Source: Promethearchaeota archaeon
GTDB lineage: Archaea; Asgardarchaeota; Heimdallarchaeia; Hodarchaeales; Hodarchaeaceae
DNA: 64,000 nucleotides
Reading direction: 5' to 3'
Assembly (NCBI GenBank): GCA_048938105.1
Contig: JBHLMN010000008.1
Location: forward strand, 64,001-128,000
Each line of letters opens with the position of its first letter. Position 1 is the stretch's first letter. This document shows positions 9,753 to 19,712 of this stretch, piece by piece. A model generated the notes under the pieces. That model saw only the letters and a list, made by a program, of their open reading frames with translations. It searched no databases and was not told where the DNA came from. The translations under genes were made by a program, and so were the position numbers.

Positions 9753-11405
9753 CTAGTCTACTTGGATAGTAACTAATGGCCCAAAAACTTCTTCAGCATC
9801 ATTTATTGCATCATCGAATTGGCTTAGGTCTCCGCTCCAAGTAGGAATGATAGCTTTGAATTTCTCCTCGAATTTCTGTAAGAACTTTTGTAAGAGACTA
9901 TGTAGTTCAGGGTCATTTTTATTAGCAAAAATTGCAGCAGAAAGTCCCATCTTGCCTTTATCAGAAATAATGAAGTGAGTTCCATGACGAACTAGGCTTA
10001 AGTTTGCCCCTTCTTCTCCAGTTGCTTCTAGCATGAATGACCCTACAGCTGAAAGGGCACCAGAAATCAAAGGAAGATCTACTTGAAGTTCTTTCTCTCT
10101 CCCAAAATCATAATGAAAGATAGGCATTCCAGCGTCATTAATGACCAATAAGAGAAAAAATTCTAAGGGGGGAAAAGAATCTCCAATCCAAAATAATGGT
10201 AAACCAGCAAGTATGGCTAAACCAAGTAATATAAATACATTCATAATCAAGGTAATATCTAAGATTTGTTCAGAAACAAATAAATAACTTAAGGGGAAGC
10301 CAATATAAATACCTAGACCAAGAGATTGGAAATTAAGAGATGAATATTTACCAATGGAATCTCTCGGAGCTAGGTCTACCCATAAACTTCCATCAAGAGC
10401 TGGGTGAATCAAAGCGAAAGATATACCGATGATAAGAGCAGAGAGATAAAAAGCTGCTGAATAGTCGTTAAATAATCCAACAATTAATGAAGCGAAAACA
10501 ATTCCATATAAAGCTAGAATAATTGAAGTTTTTCTCCCCCAATAATCAGTAAGGAATCCCGAGGGGAAAATAAAGAAGCAACTACCAATAAGTACAATTA
10601 ACCAGAAAGATTTGTACCAACTAATGTCTAGAAATGTACTAAAACCAAGGATAATGCCAGCCTGGGCTAATGAACCGAAGGTCAAACCAATCATCAAATA
10701 TACAAGGGTATGTGTCCAATAATAAGCCTCTACTGAAGGACGCTTGAGAATTCGTATAAGTGGAGTAACCCATGGGTCATTTATCCAGAAGGGCCAATTT
10801 CGGGTATAGTAATAGAAAACAATACTAATCACAATTCCAATAACTGAAATTACGGAAAATGAGAAGAAAAAATCCAAATTAAATAATTCAGTTCCTAAAA
10901 GCAATAAAATACAAGAAAATAGCCCTCCAAATATCGCAATCGCATATCCTCTCCCACGATGCGTCCACTTTATCGAAGATCCATAGAGAGTATGTGCTGT
11001 AATAGTCAAAACTCCCATAAAGGCCCCTAGACAAAATACTGCTATAATTAAGAGTAATCCATTTATAAATTGTAAAGCAATCATATCAATGGCAAGAAAT
11101 AGCGAACTTCCAATCAGTCCCACTACTGTTACTTTTCCTAAATCTTTAGGATATTTATCTATGACCATACCACTAAAAGATCCAGTAACTCCTGCTGGAA
11201 CTGCCCAGACAATCATAATAAAAAAATCATGAGTACCAGGTAAAATGTTATTATCCTTTATATAGTCCATCATATCAAAGGAATAAATTAAGACAAAAGC
11301 AATGAGTAATACCCATGTAAATAGGGATGGTAGCAAAGCGTTTGTGTAATGAATAAGTCTGCTATATTTATTATTTTTTTCATTATTTACTTTCAATCTC
11401 CTCAC
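9753..11405 (-). CDS. MFS transporter fused to a C-terminal longin-like domain
   Basis: About 12 TM helices with motif A (GFLTDYWGRK), then a soluble ~135 aa tail with LLLVINDAGMPIFHYDF...LISGALSAVGSFMLE...FEEKFK...WSGDLSQF. Confidence 0.8.
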   Translation of the reverse strand: MRRLKVNNEKNNKYSRLIHYTNALLPSLFTWVLLIAFVLIYSFDMMDYIKDNNILPGTHDFFIMIVWAVPAGVTGSFSGMVIDKYPKDLGKVTVVGLIGSSLFLAIDMIALQFINGLLLIIAVFCLGAFMGVLTITAHTLYGSSIKWTHRGRGYAIAIFGGLFSCILLLLGTELFNLDFFFSFSVISVIGIVISIVFYYYTRNWPFWINDPWVTPLIRILKRPSVEAYYWTHTLVYLMIGLTFGSLAQAGIILGFSTFLDISWYKSFWLIVLIGSCFFIFPSGFLTDYWGRKTSIILALYGIVFASLIVGLFNDYSAAFYLSALIIGISFALIHPALDGSLWVDLAPRDSIGKYSSLNFQSLGLGIYIGFPLSYLFVSEQILDITLIMNVFILLGLAILAGLPLFWIGDSFPPLEFFLLLVINDAGMPIFHYDFGREKELQVDLPLISGALSAVGSFMLEATGEEGANLSLVRHGTHFIISDKGKMGLSAAIFANKNDPELHSLLQKFLQKFEEKFKAIIPTWSGDLSQFDDAINDAEEVFGPLVTIQVD

Positions 11406-11447
11406 TACCCATTTTGCTGTGTCTTCTTTAGATTTTAAGTATTGGGA

Positions 11448-13262
11448 TTATTGTAAGGAAAAAATAGGTTGATCAACAGTGAGAAGTTTGGCTGCTTCTA
11501 TATTAAAGTTGGATCCATAGATTCTCTCTACTGCCTCATTGAACGGAGTATGACGTCTAGCTGCTAATAATTGATTTGTTCTCATGTGCAGGGATCTGCG
11601 TGGAAGTGGTTCCACATCTTTAGCTCTTGATTGCCAATCTGCTATTTGTTGTGAAATCCCTGCAATTTCGACAGAAGTCGTTGCTATAGTACCAACAACT
11701 CGTTCTTGATTTCCATTCAAGCTAAGAATGAGTTTTTGATTGTCTTCAGCTATCAAGAAGAGTTCTTCAATTAATATTCGATTGTCATCAAAGCAGGTTT
11801 TATATAATTTTGATATTTCCTGATCTAAACCATTAAAAAACGTAATCACTGTATTTGGTAGAGTATCCAGTCGTGTTAGGAAAAATGTGTCCGTTTTCTT
11901 AAAGTCTGTTTCAAAAGTTCCAACGACGTAATAGCTTTCCTCACGAACCGTATCAAAGAGATCGAAAAGATTCATATCTCCAACCGCGTCAACAGTTATT
12001 CCTTGGGTGATAAAAGAACTTTCAGACATAAATTGTGGTAAATGACTTTGTTTTTTCTCTTTCTTTACTTCTTTAGGGAGTTTGATTTTTCTTGGTTTAG
12101 GAATTGATCTTTCTTTGACTGGTGGTTTTGCTTTCTTACCAAATAATACTCGCTTAATTTTGCCAAAGAAGCCTTCTTTAACTGGTGGTTCTACTGTTTC
12201 TACCTCTGGAACAGCAGCAATCTCTTCAGATATAATGATTGGTTTCTCTTTGGGTTTAACAGCATGTTCTTCTATGGAAGTAAATAATGATTTCCAACCA
12301 CCATGTTCAAGACCCCGTAATTGAAGAATTGTTAAGACTTCTGAGAGATTGAGTTCATCTGCTGGTGTTTTAAGAACAAATATTGGTTTTGCGCGCGTAA
12401 AAGGATCTCGTACGATGAAAAAATGTTCCATAGTATCTAATATACTCCCTCTCATTAGTACTAATTGTTTACCATCAAGAGGTTGATTTAAGAATTTTAC
12501 AATTGAAGGTAATTCGACTTGTAGTTTGAGTGCATTTGATGGGGTTGTATTCCATAAAGAAACTAGAGAGGTTTGTTGAGCGTCAAGAAGTAAAATAGCT
12601 TTACTTTCGTTCATGTTTGGAATAATCGGATTAGGATTTGTTTCTACAACTTGTTTTTCACTATAACTTATCATCAAGCGCCAAATTGGTTCAGTTAATG
12701 CTTTATACTCTGTATATTGAGGTAAATTACCGAATTTCTGAATTTCGTCATCTGGGTACATTCTCTTCATGGCAGCTGATAAAATACCTAGTTCCCACCC
12801 ACAAGGGCCTTTCCCTAGAAGTTCTGACACTACAGCTAAATAAGGGGTGATATAGCTATCTTTTAACCTGATTAATGTAGCTTTCCGTGATAATCCCCGA
12901 CCAGCCATAAACAAGTCCTGTCGTCTTATGGTGGTAGCTGTTTTATATGCTAGATAGAAAATTCTCATCAAGGAGTCAGATGAAGAACAACGAGAACGAC
13001 CTTGAAGAAATGAGTGTATAACTGACCGATATCGTTCCTCATCTGATCCACCAGAAGGAAGTTCGGAAGCGGTGACGATGAAATCAGCAACAAAAAGAGC
13101 ACGAACCGCATCATCAATTTCAGTTAATCCTTGATTGGAAGCGAGCTCAACCAACTCTGATTGATTTTTATAACGATTCAACCGATTTTCAAGATCATAT
13201 TCATCTTCTATCTTGTGAACCAAGGATCTACAAACGTCTTCATTTGGTATCTTTAACATCAT
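11448..13262 (-). CDS. Hypothetical protein (604 aa; Lys/Pro-rich linker; alpha/beta C-terminal domain)
   Basis: Long ORF with normal composition; no family recognised. Confidence 0.75.
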   Translation of the reverse strand: MMLKIPNEDVCRSLVHKIEDEYDLENRLNRYKNQSELVELASNQGLTEIDDAVRALFVADFIVTASELPSGGSDEERYRSVIHSFLQGRSRCSSSDSLMRIFYLAYKTATTIRRQDLFMAGRGLSRKATLIRLKDSYITPYLAVVSELLGKGPCGWELGILSAAMKRMYPDDEIQKFGNLPQYTEYKALTEPIWRLMISYSEKQVVETNPNPIIPNMNESKAILLLDAQQTSLVSLWNTTPSNALKLQVELPSIVKFLNQPLDGKQLVLMRGSILDTMEHFFIVRDPFTRAKPIFVLKTPADELNLSEVLTILQLRGLEHGGWKSLFTSIEEHAVKPKEKPIIISEEIAAVPEVETVEPPVKEGFFGKIKRVLFGKKAKPPVKERSIPKPRKIKLPKEVKKEKKQSHLPQFMSESSFITQGITVDAVGDMNLFDLFDTVREESYYVVGTFETDFKKTDTFFLTRLDTLPNTVITFFNGLDQEISKLYKTCFDDNRILIEELFLIAEDNQKLILSLNGNQERVVGTIATTSVEIAGISQQIADWQSRAKDVEPLPRRSLHMRTNQLLAARRHTPFNEAVERIYGSNFNIEAAKLLTVDQPIFSLQ

Positions 13263-13410
13263 AAGCGTCTCGGTGAAAATCAGTGAGAATTGAAAAAAAA
13301 CAATTTCAATTATTTCATAAGAAGTTAATTAGGAGTTGCTTTTGAAACTTCCCAATGAAAAATTACTATGTTTATACATGTTTCAAGAAGATATCTTTGG
13401 TAAATTTTGA

Positions 13411-14745
13411 TTATTCGAGGCCAATATCTGGAACTGGAGATAGAGATTTCTCCATAGCAATCTCAGTTGGTACAGCGGTCTTTTCAACATTTCGAAACCC
13501 AGTCATAAACCATGAAAATCCTAGGAAGAACAATCCCATTGATATTGCTAGAAGAAAAACTGGTACTATCCCTAACAGTTCAGCTATAATCCCTGAAAGA
13601 ATCGTTGAAATTGGTCCCGATGATTGAGCAATTGATCTCCTAACAGACATTACTCTCCCCATTTTTTCTGGTGGAACGATTTTTTGCCAAATTGTTTGGG
13701 ATGCAATGTTAGCCACTGGAAGAAAGAACCCCATAATGACCATACCACAGGCTAATATTAGAAAATTTCCTGTCGGGGTAATAGTACAAATGAGAAATCC
13801 AATATACATTGCAAACAATCCAATAACTACTCCATTGGCATTATTTTCGAATCCTCTCCAAGTTGACATGAATATAGAAGCTGCAATAATTCCAAATTGC
13901 TGAACTGCCATGATGAACGCTAAATCAGTTGCTCCTCCTAAATGATTGTATTTTACATACATGGGTAATAGAACAAAAATCGGATTAATGAAGAAATTGG
14001 CTGCAGTAAAAACGGTCAACAGGGCTAGTAATCCTTCTTTGCTCTTAATAAAGATAAAACCTTCAGAAAATTCTTCCCGAAACCTGGGTTTTTCTTCACT
14101 AGGAATCGTTTTGGCTTTTATTGAAGGAATCGCAATAATTATTGTTGGTATTATAGCAAAGAAAAAGGTAATTGCATCAATCCACATAACTTCCCAGATG
14201 AACCAAATTTCAAGTAATACAGCTCCAATTATCGGTCCTGTTAAAAAGATGATCCCCGTAAAGAAATAATTTAGCCCATTCATACGACTGAGTTTTTCTT
14301 TGGGGACTAATAAAGGAATAATTGCATCAACTGCAGGATTATGGAAGGCCTGAAAAATTGCTCTAAGCGTTATAATTGCTAGAACCCAAATCATTAAAAC
14401 CCAAGATTCTAATCCAATCATAAATAGATAAATTAGAAAAACCGTTACCAGAGCTTGAAAGAAGTCGACAGTGGCAATAATCTTCTTTCTTGACCATCTA
14501 TCTACAAAAACTCCTGCAATAGGAATTAGAAAAACTGTAGGCGCGAAACCGAGGAAAAAGGAAATTGCTAACATGAATTCGCTCTCGGTTGTGATCGTAA
14601 TCCACCATACGATTGCAAATTGTACTATACTTGAACCTAATAAGGATACTAATTGACCAATCCATAAAATAATATATCCTCTTAAGTTATAGTGAGACTC
14701 CATATCATTTTCATTCGTTGTTGAATTATTACTGTTTTCAGACAC
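13411..14745 (-). CDS. MFS efflux transporter, DHA3/MefA-like
   Basis: LWIGQLVSLLGSSIVQFAIVWWIT, AGVFVDRWSRKK, QKIVPPEKMGRV. Confidence 0.9.
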   Translation of the reverse strand: MSENSNNSTTNENDMESHYNLRGYIILWIGQLVSLLGSSIVQFAIVWWITITTESEFMLAISFFLGFAPTVFLIPIAGVFVDRWSRKKIIATVDFFQALVTVFLIYLFMIGLESWVLMIWVLAIITLRAIFQAFHNPAVDAIIPLLVPKEKLSRMNGLNYFFTGIIFLTGPIIGAVLLEIWFIWEVMWIDAITFFFAIIPTIIIAIPSIKAKTIPSEEKPRFREEFSEGFIFIKSKEGLLALLTVFTAANFFINPIFVLLPMYVKYNHLGGATDLAFIMAVQQFGIIAASIFMSTWRGFENNANGVVIGLFAMYIGFLICTITPTGNFLILACGMVIMGFFLPVANIASQTIWQKIVPPEKMGRVMSVRRSIAQSSGPISTILSGIIAELLGIVPVFLLAISMGLFFLGFSWFMTGFRNVEKTAVPTEIAMEKSLSPVPDIGLE

Positions 14746-14766
14746 CGCGAATTCACCATGTAACGA

Positions 14767-14783
14767 TTTAGTAAATCACTGAA
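14767..14783. promoter_or_regulatory. Candidate operator TTTAGT-N5-ACTGAA upstream of the MFS gene
   Basis: Imperfect copy of the perfect palindrome at 14917-14933. Confidence 0.55.
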
Positions 14784-14916
14784 CAGTTAGTTTTAAAAGT
14801 TTCTTGAGGTGGTAATTAATGCTTAAAAACAACAAAATAATATTCTTCAAATAACATAAAACCAAAAAGACAAAAATCTGTTAATAGCCTTTAATGGCTG
14901 CATAATTCTTTAACAA

Positions 14917-14933
14917 TTCAGTTTTTAACTGAA
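14917..14933. promoter_or_regulatory. Candidate operator, perfect palindrome TTCAGTT-ttt-AACTGAA
   Basis: Lies between the divergent MFS and wHTH genes; a second copy is at 14767. Confidence 0.65.
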
Positions 14934-14966
14934 CCGTAATAAGATTCTTTATTGTGGTAAATTATA

Positions 14967-15716
14967 ATGAAATCATCACAATCTAAGACACTATCAATAA
15001 AAAAGAAAAGAATTAGAAAATTACCAAAATTATTATCTGATCCTAAACTCAAGAAGAGATTACTTCAACATTGGCAAGAAATACCAGTAATAAAAGAGAT
15101 ACCAGAATTTATGCCAGCTTTAGTTGAACAAGAGGTTAGATCAGCAATTCTCAATCTACTACGAGAGGGAATTGAGGAATATAATGAGGAACAAGATCTT
15201 ATTGAGATGAGACATGTATTTTCAGCTAAAGAGTTACGAAAACTGATAAATGAAAGAATATCCAAACGAATCAAAATTTCAAATGTTTATTTTCATATAA
15301 ACACATTGAAAGATAATGGATATCTCCAAATTGTCACTAGTATTAAAGAAGGACGACAAATTACTCACTTCTATGGAAGAACCGCAAGACTGTTCCTATG
15401 GATAGGAGAACCTCTTGAAAAAGCAAAGATAACTGAAGATTCAATTTATCTTAATTTGAAGGTATTATTGAAACAATTTCATCCTGATTTGGCGTCAGAA
15501 GATATTAAAGAACTTTATAGATCATTTCTACAAATAAAACAAGAAACTCATGACAGAGTAAAACTGTGGATGGAAAAAAATGTTGAAATCCTGACCAAAC
15601 TAAATGTAGATACAAGAGAGGTTTATAGTTTTCTGAAATCAATAGATCAATGTAATTCACACACAATCGAAATATATCACAGAATTATGAAATTCATTAA
15701 TTTTCATGATGAATGA
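14967..15716 (+). CDS. Winged-helix (ArsR-like) transcriptional regulator
   Basis: VRSAILNLL...SAKEL...ISNVYFHINTLKDNGYLQIV...THFYGRTA; divergent from the MFS gene. Confidence 0.75.
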   Translation: MKSSQSKTLSIKKKRIRKLPKLLSDPKLKKRLLQHWQEIPVIKEIPEFMPALVEQEVRSAILNLLREGIEEYNEEQDLIEMRHVFSAKELRKLINERISKRIKISNVYFHINTLKDNGYLQIVTSIKEGRQITHFYGRTARLFLWIGEPLEKAKITEDSIYLNLKVLLKQFHPDLASEDIKELYRSFLQIKQETHDRVKLWMEKNVEILTKLNVDTREVYSFLKSIDQCNSHTIEIYHRIMKFINFHDE

Positions 15717-15735
15717 AAATACATTTCCTCACCTT

Positions 15736-17049
15736 TCATGTTATATCTTGAGGAATTTCCCCAGAACGTTTGAGTGCTTGTTTTAATAATAGGGGGCCAA
15801 GGATTTCTGCAATTAGAACATTAACAGCAACAATATCCAAAATTAATATTGCTACTTCTTCCATACCAATTGCCATGAGTCGAGTAAAAGCTATCGCTGC
15901 TAGTCCTAAAGCCACGCCTGCTTGAGAAAGTAAGGCGAGAGGTATATTATTTGTCACTTTTGCTGGCATTTTCGCGATATAAGCAGAACCATAAGAACCA
16001 ACTGTTTTTCCAATTGTTCTCAAGACAAAATAGAGTAATATTATTACTAAGATAGGTGTGACTAATAATCCTAAATCCATTTCATAACCTACCAATATAA
16101 AGAATAAAGCTATTATCGGTACTGATAATCGTTCTACTCCCCTAATACATTCTTTGTTTTCACACCTAGCTATTAAATTTAGTGTTAAACCTAAAATAAT
16201 ACAGCTTAAGATAACAGAAAGATGCAATAGCCCAGATAATGAAATACAAATCAAAACAGATGGAAAAACAAACTCTGCTGATTGATATGCTTCCACTCCT
16301 TCAATATGAAAAGGTTTCATCATTAAGGCAAGGATAATTCCTAATAGGACAGAACCACCAATTTCAATTATCAAGGGTATCGAAATCTCAATCAATGATA
16401 GGCTTATTCCAGAATATACAGACTCAGCGAATGAAATAGCAACACTGAAGAAAATAATCGTTAAAATATCATCAAAAGCGATAAGAAACAATATAGTTTG
16501 ACTCAAAGAGCCATAGGATTTGTATTCACGAATCACCTCCGCTGTGGAAGCTGGAGCAGTAGCCATTGCGATTGTCCCTAATATTATTCCAATAAGAAAA
16601 TCCTGAAGTACTAATGTAATCACTAGAGTAACAATGATAAAAGTTCCAATAGTATTTCCAAGTAATATCAGAACTAAGCCCCATGATGCATCTTGGAGCT
16701 TCCAAGGGTCTAAATGCGAGCCAATGCTATAGCCAATAAATCCTAAAGCAGCTGTAGTAACAATATAATGAATTAATGGAGTAGGAGGCGTTGGAAAAGT
16801 TACGATTGAGATCGAAGAAGTGAGAAATGTGAGAAGTTGCAAAAAAAATCCTCCAAAAATCAATCCAAGTACTTGAGGAATACCTCTTTTTTTCAACACC
16901 CTTGCAACTATCAATGAAAATATTATGACAGTTCCTATCTCAAAAATAAAAATTAGAGCCTCTTCATATTCTGTCATAAGGTTGTTAAACCTCACGAATT
17001 GTTTTATGGAAATATTTTTTCTAGGATGTATTTCTTTTCTTTTTTTCAT
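15736..17049 (-). CDS. Cation:proton antiporter (CPA2-like); true start probably the internal ATG near 16977
   Basis: MATAPASTAEVIRE, AFDD, SQAGVALGLA; about 12 TM. Confidence 0.9.
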   Translation of the reverse strand: MKKRKEIHPRKNISIKQFVRFNNLMTEYEEALIFIFEIGTVIIFSLIVARVLKKRGIPQVLGLIFGGFFLQLLTFLTSSISIVTFPTPPTPLIHYIVTTAALGFIGYSIGSHLDPWKLQDASWGLVLILLGNTIGTFIIVTLVITLVLQDFLIGIILGTIAMATAPASTAEVIREYKSYGSLSQTILFLIAFDDILTIIFFSVAISFAESVYSGISLSLIEISIPLIIEIGGSVLLGIILALMMKPFHIEGVEAYQSAEFVFPSVLICISLSGLLHLSVILSCIILGLTLNLIARCENKECIRGVERLSVPIIALFFILVGYEMDLGLLVTPILVIILLYFVLRTIGKTVGSYGSAYIAKMPAKVTNNIPLALLSQAGVALGLAAIAFTRLMAIGMEEVAILILDIVAVNVLIAEILGPLLLKQALKRSGEIPQDIT

Positions 17050-17119
17050 TCTCTAAAAATAATTTCTTCTTGAAACAAATATCAAAGACTAGCATCAAAA
17101 AACATACTAAAACTCTTAC

Positions 17120-17277
17120 TTACTTTATCCAGATGGTTTTAATGTTTATAAATTCCCTAATCCCAAATAAGAAAGTTCGCGACCGGAACCTGATTCTTTT
17201 ATTCCTCCAAAAGGTAACCTCGGATCCGATTTTACAAAATCATTTACAAAACAAGATCCTGCTTCAAGTTCTTCCAG
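17120..17277 (-). pseudogene. Frameshifted 3' remnant of an aldehyde dehydrogenase (succinate-semialdehyde dehydrogenase-like)
   Basis: Minus strand reads [37 protein letters not shown], then after a frameshift [14 protein letters not shown]. This is the ALDH C-terminal PFGGxKxSGxGRE signature. Confidence 0.85.
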
Positions 17278-17298
17278 ATTGATGTATCTCGTTTTAAC

Positions 17299-19521
17299 TC
17301 AGCGGATTACTCTTTTTTTACGATGTATCAGTATTACTAAAGTAATGGCTACCAATACAGGTAATATAGGAAACTGAGAATTATTTTGTGAGGTGTCTGT
17401 TGTTGTGATGGTGGATTCTTGAATAAGATTTATCAAGACATCAAAAGCGATAGCTCTCGCATTATATTCATCTTCCCTGGCTGTAGTAACGATAATTAAA
17501 TCATATGTTGGATAAATTTGAATCATTTGACCACCATAACCAAGAGCTGTATATGCATCCCCAATGAGCCAGAATTGATATCCATAGCCAGAAGGGTTAT
17601 TAATACCAGTTCTAGGCAATCCTTCAATATGATCTTGAGATGATATCATAATCCAGTCTTTAGAGATTATTTGATTACTGTTCCATGTCCCATTATTCAA
17701 ATATAATTGACCGAATTTTGCCATATTTCGAGGCGTTAAAAAGAGTCCAATTCCCCCAAAATTGATTCCATCGGATCCAGCCATCCATATCACGTCGGAC
17801 TCTTCAATGCCTAAAGGCTTAAAAAGATATTTTAAAGCGAATTCTAAGGTAGATAAACCAGTAGTCTTCTGGATTATCGCTGATAATAATTGGGAAGCCC
17901 CTGTATTATAATTATATTCTGCACCTGGATTAGCAGCCATTGGTTTTGAGAGAACATACTCCACACTATCATTAGCTACAACCATTCCCCATATATCAAT
18001 CAAATCATTCCACTCCATCCCTGTGGTCATTGAGAGTAAATGATGAAGTGTTATTGCTTCTTTTCTCGAATCATTGTTTGATATTGATATATCAGGAAAG
18101 AAATCAAGAACTCGTTGATCAACACTATTAATGTATCCTTTATCAATAGCAATACCAATTAATGCTGACGTAAAACTTTTAGTGGCCGAAAAATGAGTAT
18201 GTTTTAAGGTAGGAGTATATACTTGACTATAATCACTATAATATTGCTCAAATACTAAACTACCATGCCTGATTATTACTACACTATGTATTCGTGAGTT
18301 TTCTACAGTATTGGCTAAAGATTTTCTTAATGACGTCGAATTGATTCCTTGTTCTTCTGGAGTTGATGTGGGCCATTCATCTAACGATTGTTCTATACTA
18401 AGAGTTGGATAATCTCCCCATAGCTTAACTGTCCAATCCCAACTAGCTGAGGCAAGCATTGTTCCATCCAATGAGAATTTCACTGACTCAATGGAATTTT
18501 TATGGCCTACCACTGTATCAATTAACTTTCCATCAGTTGTGTTCCAAATTTGGATTGAACAGTCATGTAGTTGGCCATAAAAACGCCAATAATCTTCAGG
18601 CCATTCTAGAGATGGATCAACCGCGACGGCAAGAGAAGAATCAACTAGAGAAAGAGCTAATGACCAAGTTGATTCATTTGTTTTTAGTACGCGAGAAATA
18701 TTTTTTTTCTTTACATCCCAGAAATTGATTGATTTATCAAGGCCAGCAGAAATTATTGTTGACTCATCGTGTGAGAATGTCACAGAAGTAATCTTATCTC
18801 CATGACCCTTAAAAGTTTGAAGTTCGATTCCAGAAGATACATCCCATAATCGAATAGTTTTATCCCAAGAGCCAGTAAGTAACAAAGAGTCATCCTTTGA
18901 GAAGGAAATGGAGGAAACAGCATCGGTATGACCAATGAACCTCTGTAAGACTTCTCCACTAGTCACGTTTAAAAGCTGAATGAACTTCTTTTCGTTATTA
19001 CCATAAGTAACATCTCCCATCCATTCACCTCCTCCTACAGCTAAAGTTTTTCCGTCAGAGGACCATTTTAAATCAATAACTGCATGTGGAAATAAAGCCC
19101 ACTTCGCCAAAAGTTCCCCTGAAGAAATATTCCAGAGATTAATTTTAGTGTCTATTCCCCCAGAAGCTAAGATTTCACCAGAAGGATTAAAATCTAATGA
19201 AATGACCCCATAATGATGTCTACTTAGTACATGTATAATATTCCCGTTACTTAAGTTCCACAAGCGAATAGTTCCGTCTGAAGAACCTGATGCAAGTATG
19301 GAACCATCTGGTGAAAATGCTATTTCTCGAACTCTCCAACCATGACCTGTGAGGGTGGCAAAGTTGTTGGAAAATAATGAAGATTTGGAACTTCTAGAGT
19401 AATGTACGAGATTTTCGTCTTCATTGATTGCACCTACGCCGAAGTTCATGCAAATTGTGTTTGTAATGAAGATTATTAGGGAAATTAAACAAAAAAAAGT
19501 TTTACTGGTTATTTTTGGCAA
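17299..19521 (-). CDS. Secreted, membrane-anchored WD40-repeat plus class C beta-lactamase-family serine hydrolase fusion
   Basis: Signal peptide; about 7 WD40 repeats (GH...FSPDG..LASGS.DGTIRLW); SATKS (SxxK), YNYN (YxN), ALGYGGQ; Thr-rich linker, TM helix, RKKR tail. Confidence 0.9.
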   Translation of the reverse strand: MPKITSKTFFCLISLIIFITNTICMNFGVGAINEDENLVHYSRSSKSSLFSNNFATLTGHGWRVREIAFSPDGSILASGSSDGTIRLWNLSNGNIIHVLSRHHYGVISLDFNPSGEILASGGIDTKINLWNISSGELLAKWALFPHAVIDLKWSSDGKTLAVGGGEWMGDVTYGNNEKKFIQLLNVTSGEVLQRFIGHTDAVSSISFSKDDSLLLTGSWDKTIRLWDVSSGIELQTFKGHGDKITSVTFSHDESTIISAGLDKSINFWDVKKKNISRVLKTNESTWSLALSLVDSSLAVAVDPSLEWPEDYWRFYGQLHDCSIQIWNTTDGKLIDTVVGHKNSIESVKFSLDGTMLASASWDWTVKLWGDYPTLSIEQSLDEWPTSTPEEQGINSTSLRKSLANTVENSRIHSVVIIRHGSLVFEQYYSDYSQVYTPTLKHTHFSATKSFTSALIGIAIDKGYINSVDQRVLDFFPDISISNNDSRKEAITLHHLLSMTTGMEWNDLIDIWGMVVANDSVEYVLSKPMAANPGAEYNYNTGASQLLSAIIQKTTGLSTLEFALKYLFKPLGIEESDVIWMAGSDGINFGGIGLFLTPRNMAKFGQLYLNNGTWNSNQIISKDWIMISSQDHIEGLPRTGINNPSGYGYQFWLIGDAYTALGYGGQMIQIYPTYDLIIVTTAREDEYNARAIAFDVLINLIQESTITTTDTSQNNSQFPILPVLVAITLVILIHRKKRVIR

Positions 19522-19595
19522 AATATCACACTCGAAAAGTAAGTATCCAATAAAGTAAGGTTAATACTCGAAATTTATTTGGTGTTCTTATAATT

Positions 19596-19627
19596 TCCCA
19601 TATTTTGAGACGTCACAAAATTTGGGA
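19596..19627. promoter_or_regulatory. 32-bp near-perfect palindrome, candidate double operator
   Basis: TCCCATATTTTGAGAC|GTCACAAAATTTGGGA, with 14/16 arm match; each half is itself TC.CA-N5-TG.GA. Confidence 0.75.
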
Positions 19628-19712
19628 TAACTTATTATTCTATTCTGCAAAATGCTAAAAAGATAACGAGTGGATATGCAAAGACGCAAATAGTACTGTA
19701 AGGTTAAGAAAC

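Noticed and set aside
17070-17282. 70-aa plus-strand ORF
   Set aside because: It is the antisense shadow of the aldehyde dehydrogenase remnant on the minus strand.
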